NCBI GenBank assembly: GCA_027296205.1
Contig: JAPUJM010000109.1
Span: 1-34,548, forward strand
Direction: 5' to 3'
Origin: Actinomycetota bacterium
GTDB taxonomy: Bacteria; Actinomycetota; Acidimicrobiia; Spongiisociales; ZC4RG35
DNA: 34,548 nt
Part shown: positions 11,208 to 19,439 of the stretch, piece after piece
How positions within the stretch are numbered: position 1 is the stretch's first letter
Layout of the letters: the number at the start of each line of letters is the position of its first letter
Translations under genes and position numbers: made by a program
Notes under the pieces: model-generated
Told to the model about the DNA's origin: nothing
The model's input: only the letters and a program-made list of their open reading frames with translations
Databases searched by the model: none

Positions 11208-11938
11208 GAACGGGTGAACGGTAGTGCCCGCCAGAGCCGTCCCAACCCCCAGATTGTCACCAGCCACATGGCTTCGGCGACGATTCTCAGGCCCATCTTG
11301 GACGTCCCCCGGGTTCGATCCTTGAAGCTGATCGGAACTTCGACGATGGCCAGACCTTGTTGATGTGCCCGCCAGGCCATCTCGACCTGAAAGCCGTAAC
11401 CCGAGGCCTCGGCGTCCTGATATGGCAAACGGGTCAGAGCCGTTCGCCTGAAGGCCCTGAAGCCGGCGGTTGCGTCCTGAATCGGTGTGCCGAGCATCAT
11501 TCGTGCGTAGAGATTCCCGGCTCGGGAGATGAGACGCCGATGAACCGGCCAATCAGGAGTCGAACCGCCGGGCACGTAACGGGAGCCAATCGCCAGGTCA
11601 GCTCCCTCGTCGATCGCCGCGACCAGTCGGGGCAGATCGGCCGGATCGTGACTGAAGTCGGCGTCCATCTCGACAACAACCTCCGTGTCGCCTTCCAGAA
11701 GGTGGTCGAAAGCAGCGGCATAGGCGGGGCCGAGTCCTTCCTTCGCTTTGCGATGCAAGACAGATATCCGGTGGTTATCCCGGCTGAGTCGGTCGGCAAT
11801 GCCGCCGGTGCCGTCGGGGGAGGCGTCATCGACTATGAGAACGTCGTATCCGAGGTCGGTGACAGCTCGGATCAGGTCGGGAAGGTTCTCGCGTTCGTTG
11901 TAGGTGGGTACGACGACCGTGACCCGCTCAGGCGCCAC
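11204..11938 (-). CDS. GT2 glycosyltransferase, polyprenol/dolichol-phosphate mannosyltransferase-like
   Basis: 244 aa. VVVPTYNERENL ... VDDASPDGT ... EMDADFSHDP, the Ppm1/DPM1-type pattern. Confidence 0.85.
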   Translation of the reverse strand: MAPERVTVVVPTYNERENLPDLIRAVTDLGYDVLIVDDASPDGTGGIADRLSRDNHRISVLHRKAKEGLGPAYAAAFDHLLEGDTEVVVEMDADFSHDPADLPRLVAAIDEGADLAIGSRYVPGGSTPDWPVHRRLISRAGNLYARMMLGTPIQDATAGFRAFRRTALTRLPYQDAEASGYGFQVEMAWRAHQQGLAIVEVPISFKDRTRGTSKMGLRIVAEAMWLVTIWGLGRLWRALPFTRS

Positions 11939-12125
11939 GGTCCTGGCTCATCACTCGGCTCCGCACACGATGGTCCTCCTCTGACTGTTGCACTGGGCTG
12001 TGAAGCCAGCAGCGAAGTGGGGAGGGCACGGGCAGATGATACGGCACAGACGGAAGGTGCAGCGTGATGCCATTCATCGAGAAGACATCGATGACGTGCA
12101 AGGGTTTCACGCCATCACGCCAAGC

Positions 12126-13376
12126 TCACCTGCCTGAGCGATGGCTGCCCCCAGAAGCGGATCGTCGATCGGGTTGGACGTCGTCCCCGGCCAACTCTTC
12201 GATCTGCTGCGCGAGAAACCGCCGGTCCGCTTCCGTCACTGCGAGGCGGGCGGCGCGTTCGTAGGCGGTCTTCGCTGCGTCTCGTTGTCCGAGTCGACGC
12301 AACGTTGTGCCGCGGGCTGCGTGCATGAGGTGATAGTTGTCGAGGTCGGGTGCGATTGCGTTGAGGGCGGTGAGCGCAGCGCCGGGACCTTCTGTCTCGC
12401 CGACGGCGATGGCCCGATTGAGCGCAACCACGGGGGTGGGCATGACCGAGAACAGATGATCGTAGAGATCGACGATCTGGGGCCAGTCGGTTGCTTCGAA
12501 CGAGTCGGCGTCGCAGTGCACGGCTTGGATCGCGGCCTGGAGTTGTAAGGGGCCTGGTCGGTCGCGACGAACGCAGGCGCGCACGATTGCCTGTCCCTCT
12601 TCGATCATCGTGCGGTCCCACTTGGTCCGGTCCTGGTCGCGCAGGAGAACGAGGGCACTCTCGGCTGTGCGGGCCGGCACCCGCGACTCGCTGAGCAGCA
12701 TCAACGCCAGCAGCCCTGCCGCTTCCGGCTCGTCGGGCATCAACTCGACAAGAGCGCGAGCGAGCCGAACTGCTTCGCCCCGCAACGAGGCTCGTTCCGG
12801 ATCATCGACCCCGGTGTTGTAGATGAGGTACACCACAGAGAGGACCGACCGGAGTCGCTCAGGCAGGTCGGCCTCTGCTGGCACGCGATAGGGGATCTTG
12901 GCGGCCTTGATCTTGTACTTGGCTCGGACCAGCCGCTTCGCCATCGCCGACTCGCTCACCAGGAACGAGCGGGCCACCTCATCCACACTCAGCCCGCCCA
13001 GCAGACGTAGGGTCAAGGCCACCTGGTGCTCCGTTCGCAGCGCCGGATGGCAGCAGGTGAAGATCAGCCGGAGTTGGTCGTCACTCACCGGCTCGTCTTC
13101 TCCCCAGTCCTCAGCGCCTGGGCCGTGCGATGTGCCGGCGACCGCACCAAGCTGCTCATCGAGCTCCCGGCCCCGGGCCGAACGGCGAAGACCATCGATG
13201 GCACGGTTTCGTGCGGTCGTGATTATCCACCCCGCCGGGTTGGGTGGGATGCCGTCGTTCAGCCATCGGTCACTGGCAACAACGAATGCGTCCTGGACGG
13301 CGTCTTCGGCAAGCGTGATGTCGCCGAAGACCCGGACCAGCGTCGCCACCGCTTGGCCGTACACCTCACGGAACAC
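12126..13376 (-). CDS. ECF-type RNA polymerase sigma factor with a long C-terminal TPR-like extension
   Basis: The ORF extends to 13583 but overlaps the YciI gene. Sigma region 2 begins at ...VFREVYGQAVATLVRVFGDITLAEDAVQDAF..., with a GTG at 13376 as the best in-frame start; the exact start is uncertain. Region 4 is followed by a helical extension of roughly 200 aa. Confidence 0.8.
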   Translation of the reverse strand: MFREVYGQAVATLVRVFGDITLAEDAVQDAFVVASDRWLNDGIPPNPAGWIITTARNRAIDGLRRSARGRELDEQLGAVAGTSHGPGAEDWGEDEPVSDDQLRLIFTCCHPALRTEHQVALTLRLLGGLSVDEVARSFLVSESAMAKRLVRAKYKIKAAKIPYRVPAEADLPERLRSVLSVVYLIYNTGVDDPERASLRGEAVRLARALVELMPDEPEAAGLLALMLLSESRVPARTAESALVLLRDQDRTKWDRTMIEEGQAIVRACVRRDRPGPLQLQAAIQAVHCDADSFEATDWPQIVDLYDHLFSVMPTPVVALNRAIAVGETEGPGAALTALNAIAPDLDNYHLMHAARGTTLRRLGQRDAAKTAYERAARLAVTEADRRFLAQQIEELAGDDVQPDRRSASGGSHRSGR

Positions 13377-13428
13377 GCGCTCGACACCGGTCGTTTCCCG
13401 ATAGGGGGCGGCGATGGGGGTCAGGGCC

Positions 13429-13791
13429 TCAGGCGCCCGGCATCTCGAAGAATGGGGTGACCTCGATCGGATGGTTGATTGCGTCAACGACCTTGCCCGC
13501 CCAGGCCAGTGCTGCATCGAGGTCGCCCGCGTTGATGATGTAGAACCCGGCAATATGCTCTTTCGACTCAGCGAACGGCCCATCGGTCATGACCAGGTCG
13601 CCATCTTGCGAGCGGACGACGGTCGCCGCATCGGGGTCATGGAGTCGACCAGTGAAGACGAACGTACCGCTCGCCTTCATCTCGGATTCGAGGGCAGTGA
13701 TCCGCTCCATGAATGTCTGCGTCTCCTCGGGCGTCATCGGCGTGCGGACCTTGCTGTCTCCAGCGTATGTGGACAACAGGTACTGACTCAT
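13429..13791 (-). CDS. YciI-like (DGPF-motif) protein
   Basis: 120 aa with the motif TDGPFAESKEHIAGFYII. AAGGAGG RBS. Lies directly upstream of the sigma factor. Confidence 0.8.
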   Translation of the reverse strand: MSQYLLSTYAGDSKVRTPMTPEETQTFMERITALESEMKASGTFVFTGRLHDPDAATVVRSQDGDLVMTDGPFAESKEHIAGFYIINAGDLDAALAWAGKVVDAINHPIEVTPFFEMPGA

Positions 13792-13918
13792 GATTCCTCC
13801 TTGTGATGGTGCGGGTCTTTCCCGCGCTCACCCTCCCTACGAATGGGATCGGCCCACGAGGACGCCCCACGGCAAGAATAATTCTGAACGATTCTTGGCC
13901 ATGGAGCAATCGGGCAAA

Positions 13919-14383
13919 CTAGGCAACACAGTCCTGGCAGATCATTTTGCGCTTGTTGGCCATCTGGCTCATTCGCTTCACCATGAAGCACGACTGGCAG
14001 ACAAACTCGTCCGACTTCTGGACCTGGGCATCGACGTTCATGGTCAGCTCCTCGCGCCGCATGGCGCGAAGCTCCTTGACCTCATCGACGAGTAACGCTT
14101 CGCTTTCTTCGTCCTCGTTCAGTTTCAGTTCCTGGTTTTCCAGTTCCTCGAGGGCCTCGGCCGTCTCCTCATCGTGGTCCCCATCTGATTTCTCGTCGTC
14201 GTCGTCGTCATCATCGTCGTCGTCGTCATCGTCGTAGTCATCTGCATCCGCCTCGTCCTCGTAGGCGTCTTCCTCGACTTCATCGTCCTCAGGTTGGAGT
14301 TCGTCGTCGGCCTTGAGCTCCTCCAGCTCCTTCTTGTTGCTGGATTTCTCTTTTGTGGTGTGTGCAGTTTTCTTTTGTGCCAT
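13919..14383 (-). CDS. DUF4193-family protein with a highly acidic, poly-Asp N-terminal half
   Basis: 154 aa. The conserved C-terminal ...SDEFVCQSCFMVKRMSQMANKRKMICQDCVA (CxxC...CxxC) is typical of actinobacterial DUF4193. Contains a run of 13 consecutive Asp codons. Confidence 0.75.
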   Translation of the reverse strand: MAQKKTAHTTKEKSSNKKELEELKADDELQPEDDEVEEDAYEDEADADDYDDDDDDDDDDDDDEKSDGDHDEETAEALEELENQELKLNEDEESEALLVDEVKELRAMRREELTMNVDAQVQKSDEFVCQSCFMVKRMSQMANKRKMICQDCVA

Positions 14384-14432
14384 TTCTAAGCGGTGTAGAT
14401 CCCAACGGCGCGGGAGTATAAGTCAAGCTCCA

Positions 14433-15296
14433 TCAGATTTTGAGATGTATCGCGGCGGGAACAACCCGACCCGAGACTGTCGTATTCCCGACCAGATCAC
14501 CATCTGCCTCCAGAGGCCACGTCGGGTCTGTCTCGATCTTGAATTCGGCGGCCGTGAAGCGTCGAACCGAGGGGTCGCCAAGATGGGTCCCTTTGATCAC
14601 TTTCGGAACGATGACGGGAGCCTGAGTCTTGTTGGCGTTGATTATCTGGATATCCAGAATTCCATCAACCAACGTGGCTCGAGGCGCCACATTCCATCCG
14701 CCGGCGAAGAACTGCGCGTTCGCCATGATCACGGCGAGGGCCTCCGACTCATACGTGCGACGCTCCGTCGTAATAGTCACATTGGCCATAGGAAACCTGG
14801 GGAGACGGACGCCGAACGCGAGGGGATATCGGAGAACGCCGAGCTTGCGCGTGATCTTCGATGCTGTTTCGACGGCCGCGGCCCCGGCTCCGACCTGGGC
14901 AACGTTGACGAAATATCGTCGACCCCAGGAGCCCTCCAGGGTCACCACGTCGATGGCGTACGTCTCGGCGGTGGCCAGGTGTGTGGCCGCAGCCCCCAAC
15001 TCCTGAGGGAGCCCAAACGTGCGAAGCAGGTCACACCCGGTGCCGGCGGGAAGGATCGCGATGGTGGGCGGCTCGTCCAGATCGAGGTTCAAGAGAACAT
15101 TGACCGCAAGGTTGACCGTGCCGTCGCCCCCGACGAGGGCAAAGTGGGTCTTCCCCTCGGAAGCGGCCGTCTTGAGGGCTTCTTCCGTTTCGGCCGAGGA
15201 GCCGGGCACCACCATGTCGACTTCGACTGACGCGGCCCTCAAGGCCTCCTGCACATGTCCGACCGGTATCGCCTTGCGACCGGCCGCCTGGTTCAC
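14433..15296 (-). CDS. Diacylglycerol/lipid kinase family protein (YegS/BmrU-like)
   Basis: GGDGTVN motif. The GTG at 15296 cuts off the usual first beta-strand. In-frame upstream sequence reads L-I-G-K-W-L-V-V-V-N-Q-A-A-G, so the true start may be the CTG at 15320 (see findings). Confidence 0.8.
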   Translation of the reverse strand: MNQAAGRKAIPVGHVQEALRAASVEVDMVVPGSSAETEEALKTAASEGKTHFALVGGDGTVNLAVNVLLNLDLDEPPTIAILPAGTGCDLLRTFGLPQELGAAATHLATAETYAIDVVTLEGSWGRRYFVNVAQVGAGAAAVETASKITRKLGVLRYPLAFGVRLPRFPMANVTITTERRTYESEALAVIMANAQFFAGGWNVAPRATLVDGILDIQIINANKTQAPVIVPKVIKGTHLGDPSVRRFTAAEFKIETDPTWPLEADGDLVGNTTVSGRVVPAAIHLKI

Positions 15297-15316
15297 GACT
15301 ACGAGCCACTTGCCGA

Positions 15317-17863
15317 TCAGCCCACTCCTTGGGCTGCTACGACTCCTCGATCTACAGAGATGAGCGCGGTCATTGCTTCTTCCCGAAGTTCGGAGACCCC
15401 GTCTCTGATCTGTCGAAGCAGATCCGCCAGTTGCCTGGAAACACGTACGAAGTCGCCGGGCGCCATGCCATGTGCGTCCAGGTCATCAAAGGCCACTTCG
15501 CTCGCCCATTGATACGCAAGGATGCCAAAACCAGGGTCGGGGCGCCTGGTCGGTGAAAGTCGCAGACCCTTCTCCCGTGTGGTCAGGTCCTTCCAGAGCA
15601 TCTCGATGTCTGACCATCGGGCGTGCAACTCCGGAGTGGGCCACTCGGCCACCGACGCCTGATCGGTACGTGGTTCGTAGACGAACGCTGATAGCAGTGA
15701 TGCCAGCTCGGCGGGTTCGAGCCCGTAGAGAAATCCCTTCTCCATTGCTTCGGCCAGCAGCAAGTCGGTCTCGTTGTAGATCCGTCGCAGCCGCTCTCCT
15801 CTGGGCGTGAGCGACCAACCCTCGGTGTAGCCAAGCTCTTCGAGTAGCTGCCGGATCGCTTGGAACTCCTCGATAAGACCGAACCCGGAACTCCGCCGCA
15901 GCGCCCTGTGCTGTTCGAGACGCCGTCTGACTCGGTTGGCGCGTCTCGAGGCAGCGAGATGACGAGAAGCGTCGGGACACTCCGCAACGGGGTGCTCGAC
16001 CAACTTTCTTCTTTGCGGCGATCCGTCCGAGATGACCGGCGGGACTTTGCGAAGACGCCGCAGTGTCTCCTGGACGAACCGCCGATCTCGAGGCTTGAGG
16101 GGCGTGGGAAGATCGAGTTTGCCCGCCCGGCGACTTGCACTCGGGATCTCCCGGGAGCCGACCGTCGAGACCCGGCCCGAAGTGGACAGAACCAGGTAGC
16201 GGGCACTGCCGTTCTTTGGCGCAAGCCTCTTGAGCACCGTGTAGCGGCCATCACGAGGACCTCCGACGATGTCCAACACATCGCCCGTGCTCAACGTCGC
16301 CGCGATCCCATCATTGGGCCGTTTCGGGTCGAGAGCCTCGATCAGGGCAAGGTACTCCTCTACCGACCCCCGCTCACACTCGGCTTGCTTCTCCTCGTTC
16401 GTCAATCGATGCTCGAGGGCGGCGATGGCGTCTCCGGCATCAGCCCGGTCGTCGTCCCGCTGGAAGGCGGCAAACGAGGCTTCGAGAAGAGCCTCGGTTT
16501 CGTCCTGTCGGTAGTTGGCTATGAGATTTGCCGTCATGTTGTAGGTGGGGCGAAAGCTAGATCGAAGCTCGTGAGCTCCAATGGAGGCGATCTCTGTCAC
16601 CTGGCTGAAGCGAACGAACGGCGAATGAAGCAACACCCCAAATCCTTCGACGTCGATTCCCCTTCGGCCCGCTCGCCCGGTCAATTGTGTGTAGTCCCCC
16701 GGCCGAAGAAGCTCGTGGCTCTCTCCGTTGAACTTGGAGAGATTCTCAATGACCACCGAGCGGGCCGGCATGTTGATCCCCAGCGCCAAGGTCTCGGTGG
16801 CGAAGACCACTTTCAGATAGCCGAGTTCGAAAAGCTCCTCGACGGCTTCCTTGTAGGCAGGGACCAGCCCGGCGTGATGCGAGGCGACACCGGCGTCGAG
16901 GCCAACCATCCACCGGTCGTAGCCGAGGACGTCGAGATCGTCGTCCCCTAGATGAGCGGTGCGCCCCTCCGCGATTTCGCGTATGGCCTGCCTTTCTTCC
17001 GGGTCGGTGAGCCTCACCCCAGCCTCCATCAGGCGATTCACTGCAGCATCACAGCCCGCTCGAGAGAAGATGAAGTAGATCGCCGGGAGCATGTTCTCCG
17101 ATGCCAGGGCTTCGATCGTCTCGATGCGGTTGGGTGTCTTGAAGCGACGCTTTCTTCCTCGCTCGAGGCCGAGCATGTGCTCCAGTCGTGGATTGGCGCG
17201 GCGTCGCCCATCCCTGATGACAAAGGTGGGCAGGAGGTGGAGAGCATGTGATCCCATGCGATCTTTGAGCATGTACATCGATTCGAGGGGCACGGGTCGC
17301 TCCTCGGTGGTGATCAGCCGGGTCGATCCGCGTCTCTCACCAACCCAGTCTGCGAACTGCTTATTGTTGGAGATGGTCGCCGACAAGCAGACAAACTGGA
17401 CATGACGAGGGCAGTGAATGATCACTTCCTCCCAGGCGGCCCCCCGGGAACGATCCTGGAGATAGTGGGCCTCATCGAGCACGACAAAGGCCACGTCGTG
17501 TAGTTGGCCGGCGTCGGCGAAGATCATGTTTCGGAGGACCTCGAGGGTCGCCACGATCACTGGTGCCTTTGGGTTGATCACATTGTCACCGGTGAGGAGC
17601 CCGACGCGATCGGATCCGTACTCCTCTGAGAGGTCGGCGAACTTCTGGTTGGACAGTGCCTTGATCGGTGTGGTGTAGAAGGAGCGTTTGCCTTGATCGA
17701 GTGCCAGATGGATGGCAGCCTCTGCGACGAGGGTCTTGCCGGCCCCGGTCGGCGCCGTGACAACAACCGAGGATCCGTCGTCTATCGCCTCGGCCGCCTC
17801 CAGTTGGAACTCGTCAGGCGTGAATTCGACCCGGTCCCAGAATTCGCTCAGCCGATCGCTCAC
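15317..17863 (-). CDS. helY: Ski2-like DEAD/DEAH-box ATP-dependent RNA helicase HelY
   Basis: 848 aa. Walker A APTGAGKT, DEAH box (VLDEAHY), helicase C domain and a long C-terminal domain. Sits downstream of tatC as in mycobacteria. GTGA overlap with the tatC stop. Confidence 0.9.
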   Translation of the reverse strand: MSDRLSEFWDRVEFTPDEFQLEAAEAIDDGSSVVVTAPTGAGKTLVAEAAIHLALDQGKRSFYTTPIKALSNQKFADLSEEYGSDRVGLLTGDNVINPKAPVIVATLEVLRNMIFADAGQLHDVAFVVLDEAHYLQDRSRGAAWEEVIIHCPRHVQFVCLSATISNNKQFADWVGERRGSTRLITTEERPVPLESMYMLKDRMGSHALHLLPTFVIRDGRRRANPRLEHMLGLERGRKRRFKTPNRIETIEALASENMLPAIYFIFSRAGCDAAVNRLMEAGVRLTDPEERQAIREIAEGRTAHLGDDDLDVLGYDRWMVGLDAGVASHHAGLVPAYKEAVEELFELGYLKVVFATETLALGINMPARSVVIENLSKFNGESHELLRPGDYTQLTGRAGRRGIDVEGFGVLLHSPFVRFSQVTEIASIGAHELRSSFRPTYNMTANLIANYRQDETEALLEASFAAFQRDDDRADAGDAIAALEHRLTNEEKQAECERGSVEEYLALIEALDPKRPNDGIAATLSTGDVLDIVGGPRDGRYTVLKRLAPKNGSARYLVLSTSGRVSTVGSREIPSASRRAGKLDLPTPLKPRDRRFVQETLRRLRKVPPVISDGSPQRRKLVEHPVAECPDASRHLAASRRANRVRRRLEQHRALRRSSGFGLIEEFQAIRQLLEELGYTEGWSLTPRGERLRRIYNETDLLLAEAMEKGFLYGLEPAELASLLSAFVYEPRTDQASVAEWPTPELHARWSDIEMLWKDLTTREKGLRLSPTRRPDPGFGILAYQWASEVAFDDLDAHGMAPGDFVRVSRQLADLLRQIRDGVSELREEAMTALISVDRGVVAAQGVG

Positions 17864-18573
17864 TTCTTGAGAATGAATCGAACCAGCCAGTACGTGATCT
17901 CGTACATCAGATAGAGCGGCACCGATAAGAGCATCAACGTGAAGGCATCGCCGCTAGGCGTTATCAAGGCGGCGGCCGTCACCACGATGAGGACGGCCCA
18001 CCGCCGTCCCCGAGCCAATTGCTTCGACGACACCACTCCGGAGGCTGCGGCGGCAAACAGGAACACCGGGTACAGGAAGGCAAGACCGAAGGCGAGTAGG
18101 AATCTCAGCGTGAACGAGTAGTAATCGCCCACCCGGAGGTTGTTCTCGACGTCGGGGAGCACCCCGAGCAAGAAATCCAGGCCCCGGGGAAGTGACCAGT
18201 AGCCAAACAGGACACCACCGACGAAAAGAATGGCAAGCGCCGTCACCACGGGAATCGCCCACTTGCGCTCTTTGGAGGTGAGAGCCGGATTCACGAACCC
18301 CCACAACTGGTAAAGAATCACGGGGCTGGCCAGGATCACGCCACCGAATAACCCGATCCGCATCAGCACCCCCCACTGCTCGGTGACAGCGAGGCTCTGC
18401 AGGAAGGAGTCCGGGGCCGCAGCCTCGAAGGGTGCTTCCAAGATGATGCGCAGCTGCTTGGAGAACACAAAGGCGATGATTGCACCGACGAGGACGGCTA
18501 TCCCGATCTTGAGGATGCGCCATCGCAACTCATCGAGATGGGAGAAGAAGGACTGTGGACTGTCGTTACTCAA
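17860..18573 (-). CDS. tatC: Twin-arginine translocase subunit TatC
   Basis: 237 aa, polytopic membrane protein, FFSHLDELRWRILK N-terminus typical of TatC. TTGA overlap with the tatA stop. Confidence 0.9.
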   Translation of the reverse strand: MSNDSPQSFFSHLDELRWRILKIGIAVLVGAIIAFVFSKQLRIILEAPFEAAAPDSFLQSLAVTEQWGVLMRIGLFGGVILASPVILYQLWGFVNPALTSKERKWAIPVVTALAILFVGGVLFGYWSLPRGLDFLLGVLPDVENNLRVGDYYSFTLRFLLAFGLAFLYPVFLFAAAASGVVSSKQLARGRRWAVLIVVTAAALITPSGDAFTLMLLSVPLYLMYEITYWLVRFILKK

Positions 18574-18947
18574 TCATCTTCCCCGTGAGGATCCGGATTC
18601 CCCTCCATCTCTTCCATCTCGGTCATCGCATCCTCCGGCGTGGGGCCGGACACGGGTTTCGTGCCAGTCGGGTCGACATCGCCTTGGCTCGCAGACTTGA
18701 TGTCTCGTTTGATGTCCTTTAGGGGCTGCTTCAGCTCCTCCAACGGAGCCTTGAGCTCTTTTCCGACCGCCTTGAGGTCAGCGGCCTCCGCTTCGAGGCC
18801 TCGAGAGATCTCTCTCGCCGCTGCACGCAGCTCCGTCGTCCAATTCCCGATCTTGCGCGCCAACTGCGGCAAGCGCTTCGGCCCCAGCACGACGAGTGCC
18901 AGAAGCGCAATGATGATGATCTCGCCACCCTGAAGCATTGAGGGCAT
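18570..18947 (-). CDS. tatA: Twin-arginine translocase subunit TatA/TatB family
   Basis: 125 aa. N-terminal TM helix plus the hinge IIIIALLALVVLGPKRLPQLARKIG, then an amphipathic and acidic tail. The start could also be the Met 3 codons in. Confidence 0.85.
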   Translation of the reverse strand: MPSMLQGGEIIIIALLALVVLGPKRLPQLARKIGNWTTELRAAAREISRGLEAEAADLKAVGKELKAPLEELKQPLKDIKRDIKSASQGDVDPTGTKPVSGPTPEDAMTEMEEMEGNPDPHGEDD

Positions 18948-18980
18948 GCTAAAGCCTCGAGCCTCGCTAAAGGAGAAGGC

Positions 18981-19000
18981 GGCGACTCCCCCGAGTCGCC
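18981..19000 (-). terminator. GC-rich hairpin between the zinc-ribbon ORF and tatA; possible terminator or attenuator
   Basis: Perfect 8-bp stem GGCGACTC/GAGTCGCC with a 4-nt loop. On the minus strand it is followed by GCCTTCTCCTTT, only a weak U-tract. Confidence 0.35.
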
Positions 19001-19063
19001 ACCCTCAGGCCGAGGAGCACTCTGCCCTAGGCGCCCGTCGACATCTCTTGGAGGAGAGCTAAG

Positions 19064-19354
19064 TCAGCCGGCGAGCAGACGGAGCGGATCCGGCTCCGTC
19101 TCGAGGGCGGTAGAGAAAGCTTCGATCTCCTGCTCGGAGATCGGATCAGGGTTGACGACCTCGAACTGCACCCCGGTGGCGAGGAGCACGCTGACGACGC
19201 GGGAGTTGGCCGGCCGACGTTGCAGGTATGTGCAAGTCGGGCACTTGAAGCGGTAGTCACCCTCCCTGCCGCCAGGATGCAGCTCCAACGCCACGTCTTC
19301 TGGTGTCAGGTGGATGTCACCGCATCGGGTACACGTCGTCTTGATTGTCGTCAT
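19064..19354 (-). CDS. Small zinc-ribbon protein (CxxC...CxxC), unknown function
   Basis: The ORF extends to 19483 but overlaps pafC. The ATG at 19354 (MTTIKTTCTRCGD...FKCPTCTYLQ...) is preceded by GGAGA; the ATG at 19375 is an alternative start. Confidence 0.6.
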   Translation of the reverse strand: MTTIKTTCTRCGDIHLTPEDVALELHPGGREGDYRFKCPTCTYLQRRPANSRVVSVLLATGVQFEVVNPDPISEQEIEAFSTALETEPDPLRLLAG

Positions 19355-19439
19355 CTCTGGTCTCCGGTCTCCCATTTGTGCCCTTTTGATCGGCAGACAT
19401 TGGGTGAGACTGAAGACCCGTGCTCTAGGTCTATCGACC

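Noticed and set aside
13377-13583. N-terminal extensions of track ORFs: xerD to 2855, M20 peptidase to 10424, GNAT to 11552, sigma factor to 13583, zinc-ribbon ORF to 19483, small ORF to 8339.
   Set aside because: Each extension overlaps the 3' end of the upstream gene and encodes Arg/Ser/Pro-rich sequence unlike the family. Internal starts give clean ATGA junctions or short gaps, and family-like sequence begins there.
13792-13918. Looked upstream of the YciI/ECF-sigma pair for the group-specific ECF promoter (a TGTCGA-type -35, from memory).
   Set aside because: The motif is not present in the 127-nt intergenic region. I saw only an AT-rich 7-bp hairpin (CAAGAAT...ATTCTTG) and the RBS.
14195-14242. 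The GTC/ATC trinucleotide run could be a non-coding tandem repeat or a CRISPR-like array.
   Set aside because: It lies in frame inside the DUF4193 ORF and encodes poly-Asp. There is no spacer/repeat architecture. I noticed no CRISPR array, tRNA or rRNA when scanning the intergenic gaps, all of which are 200 nt or shorter.
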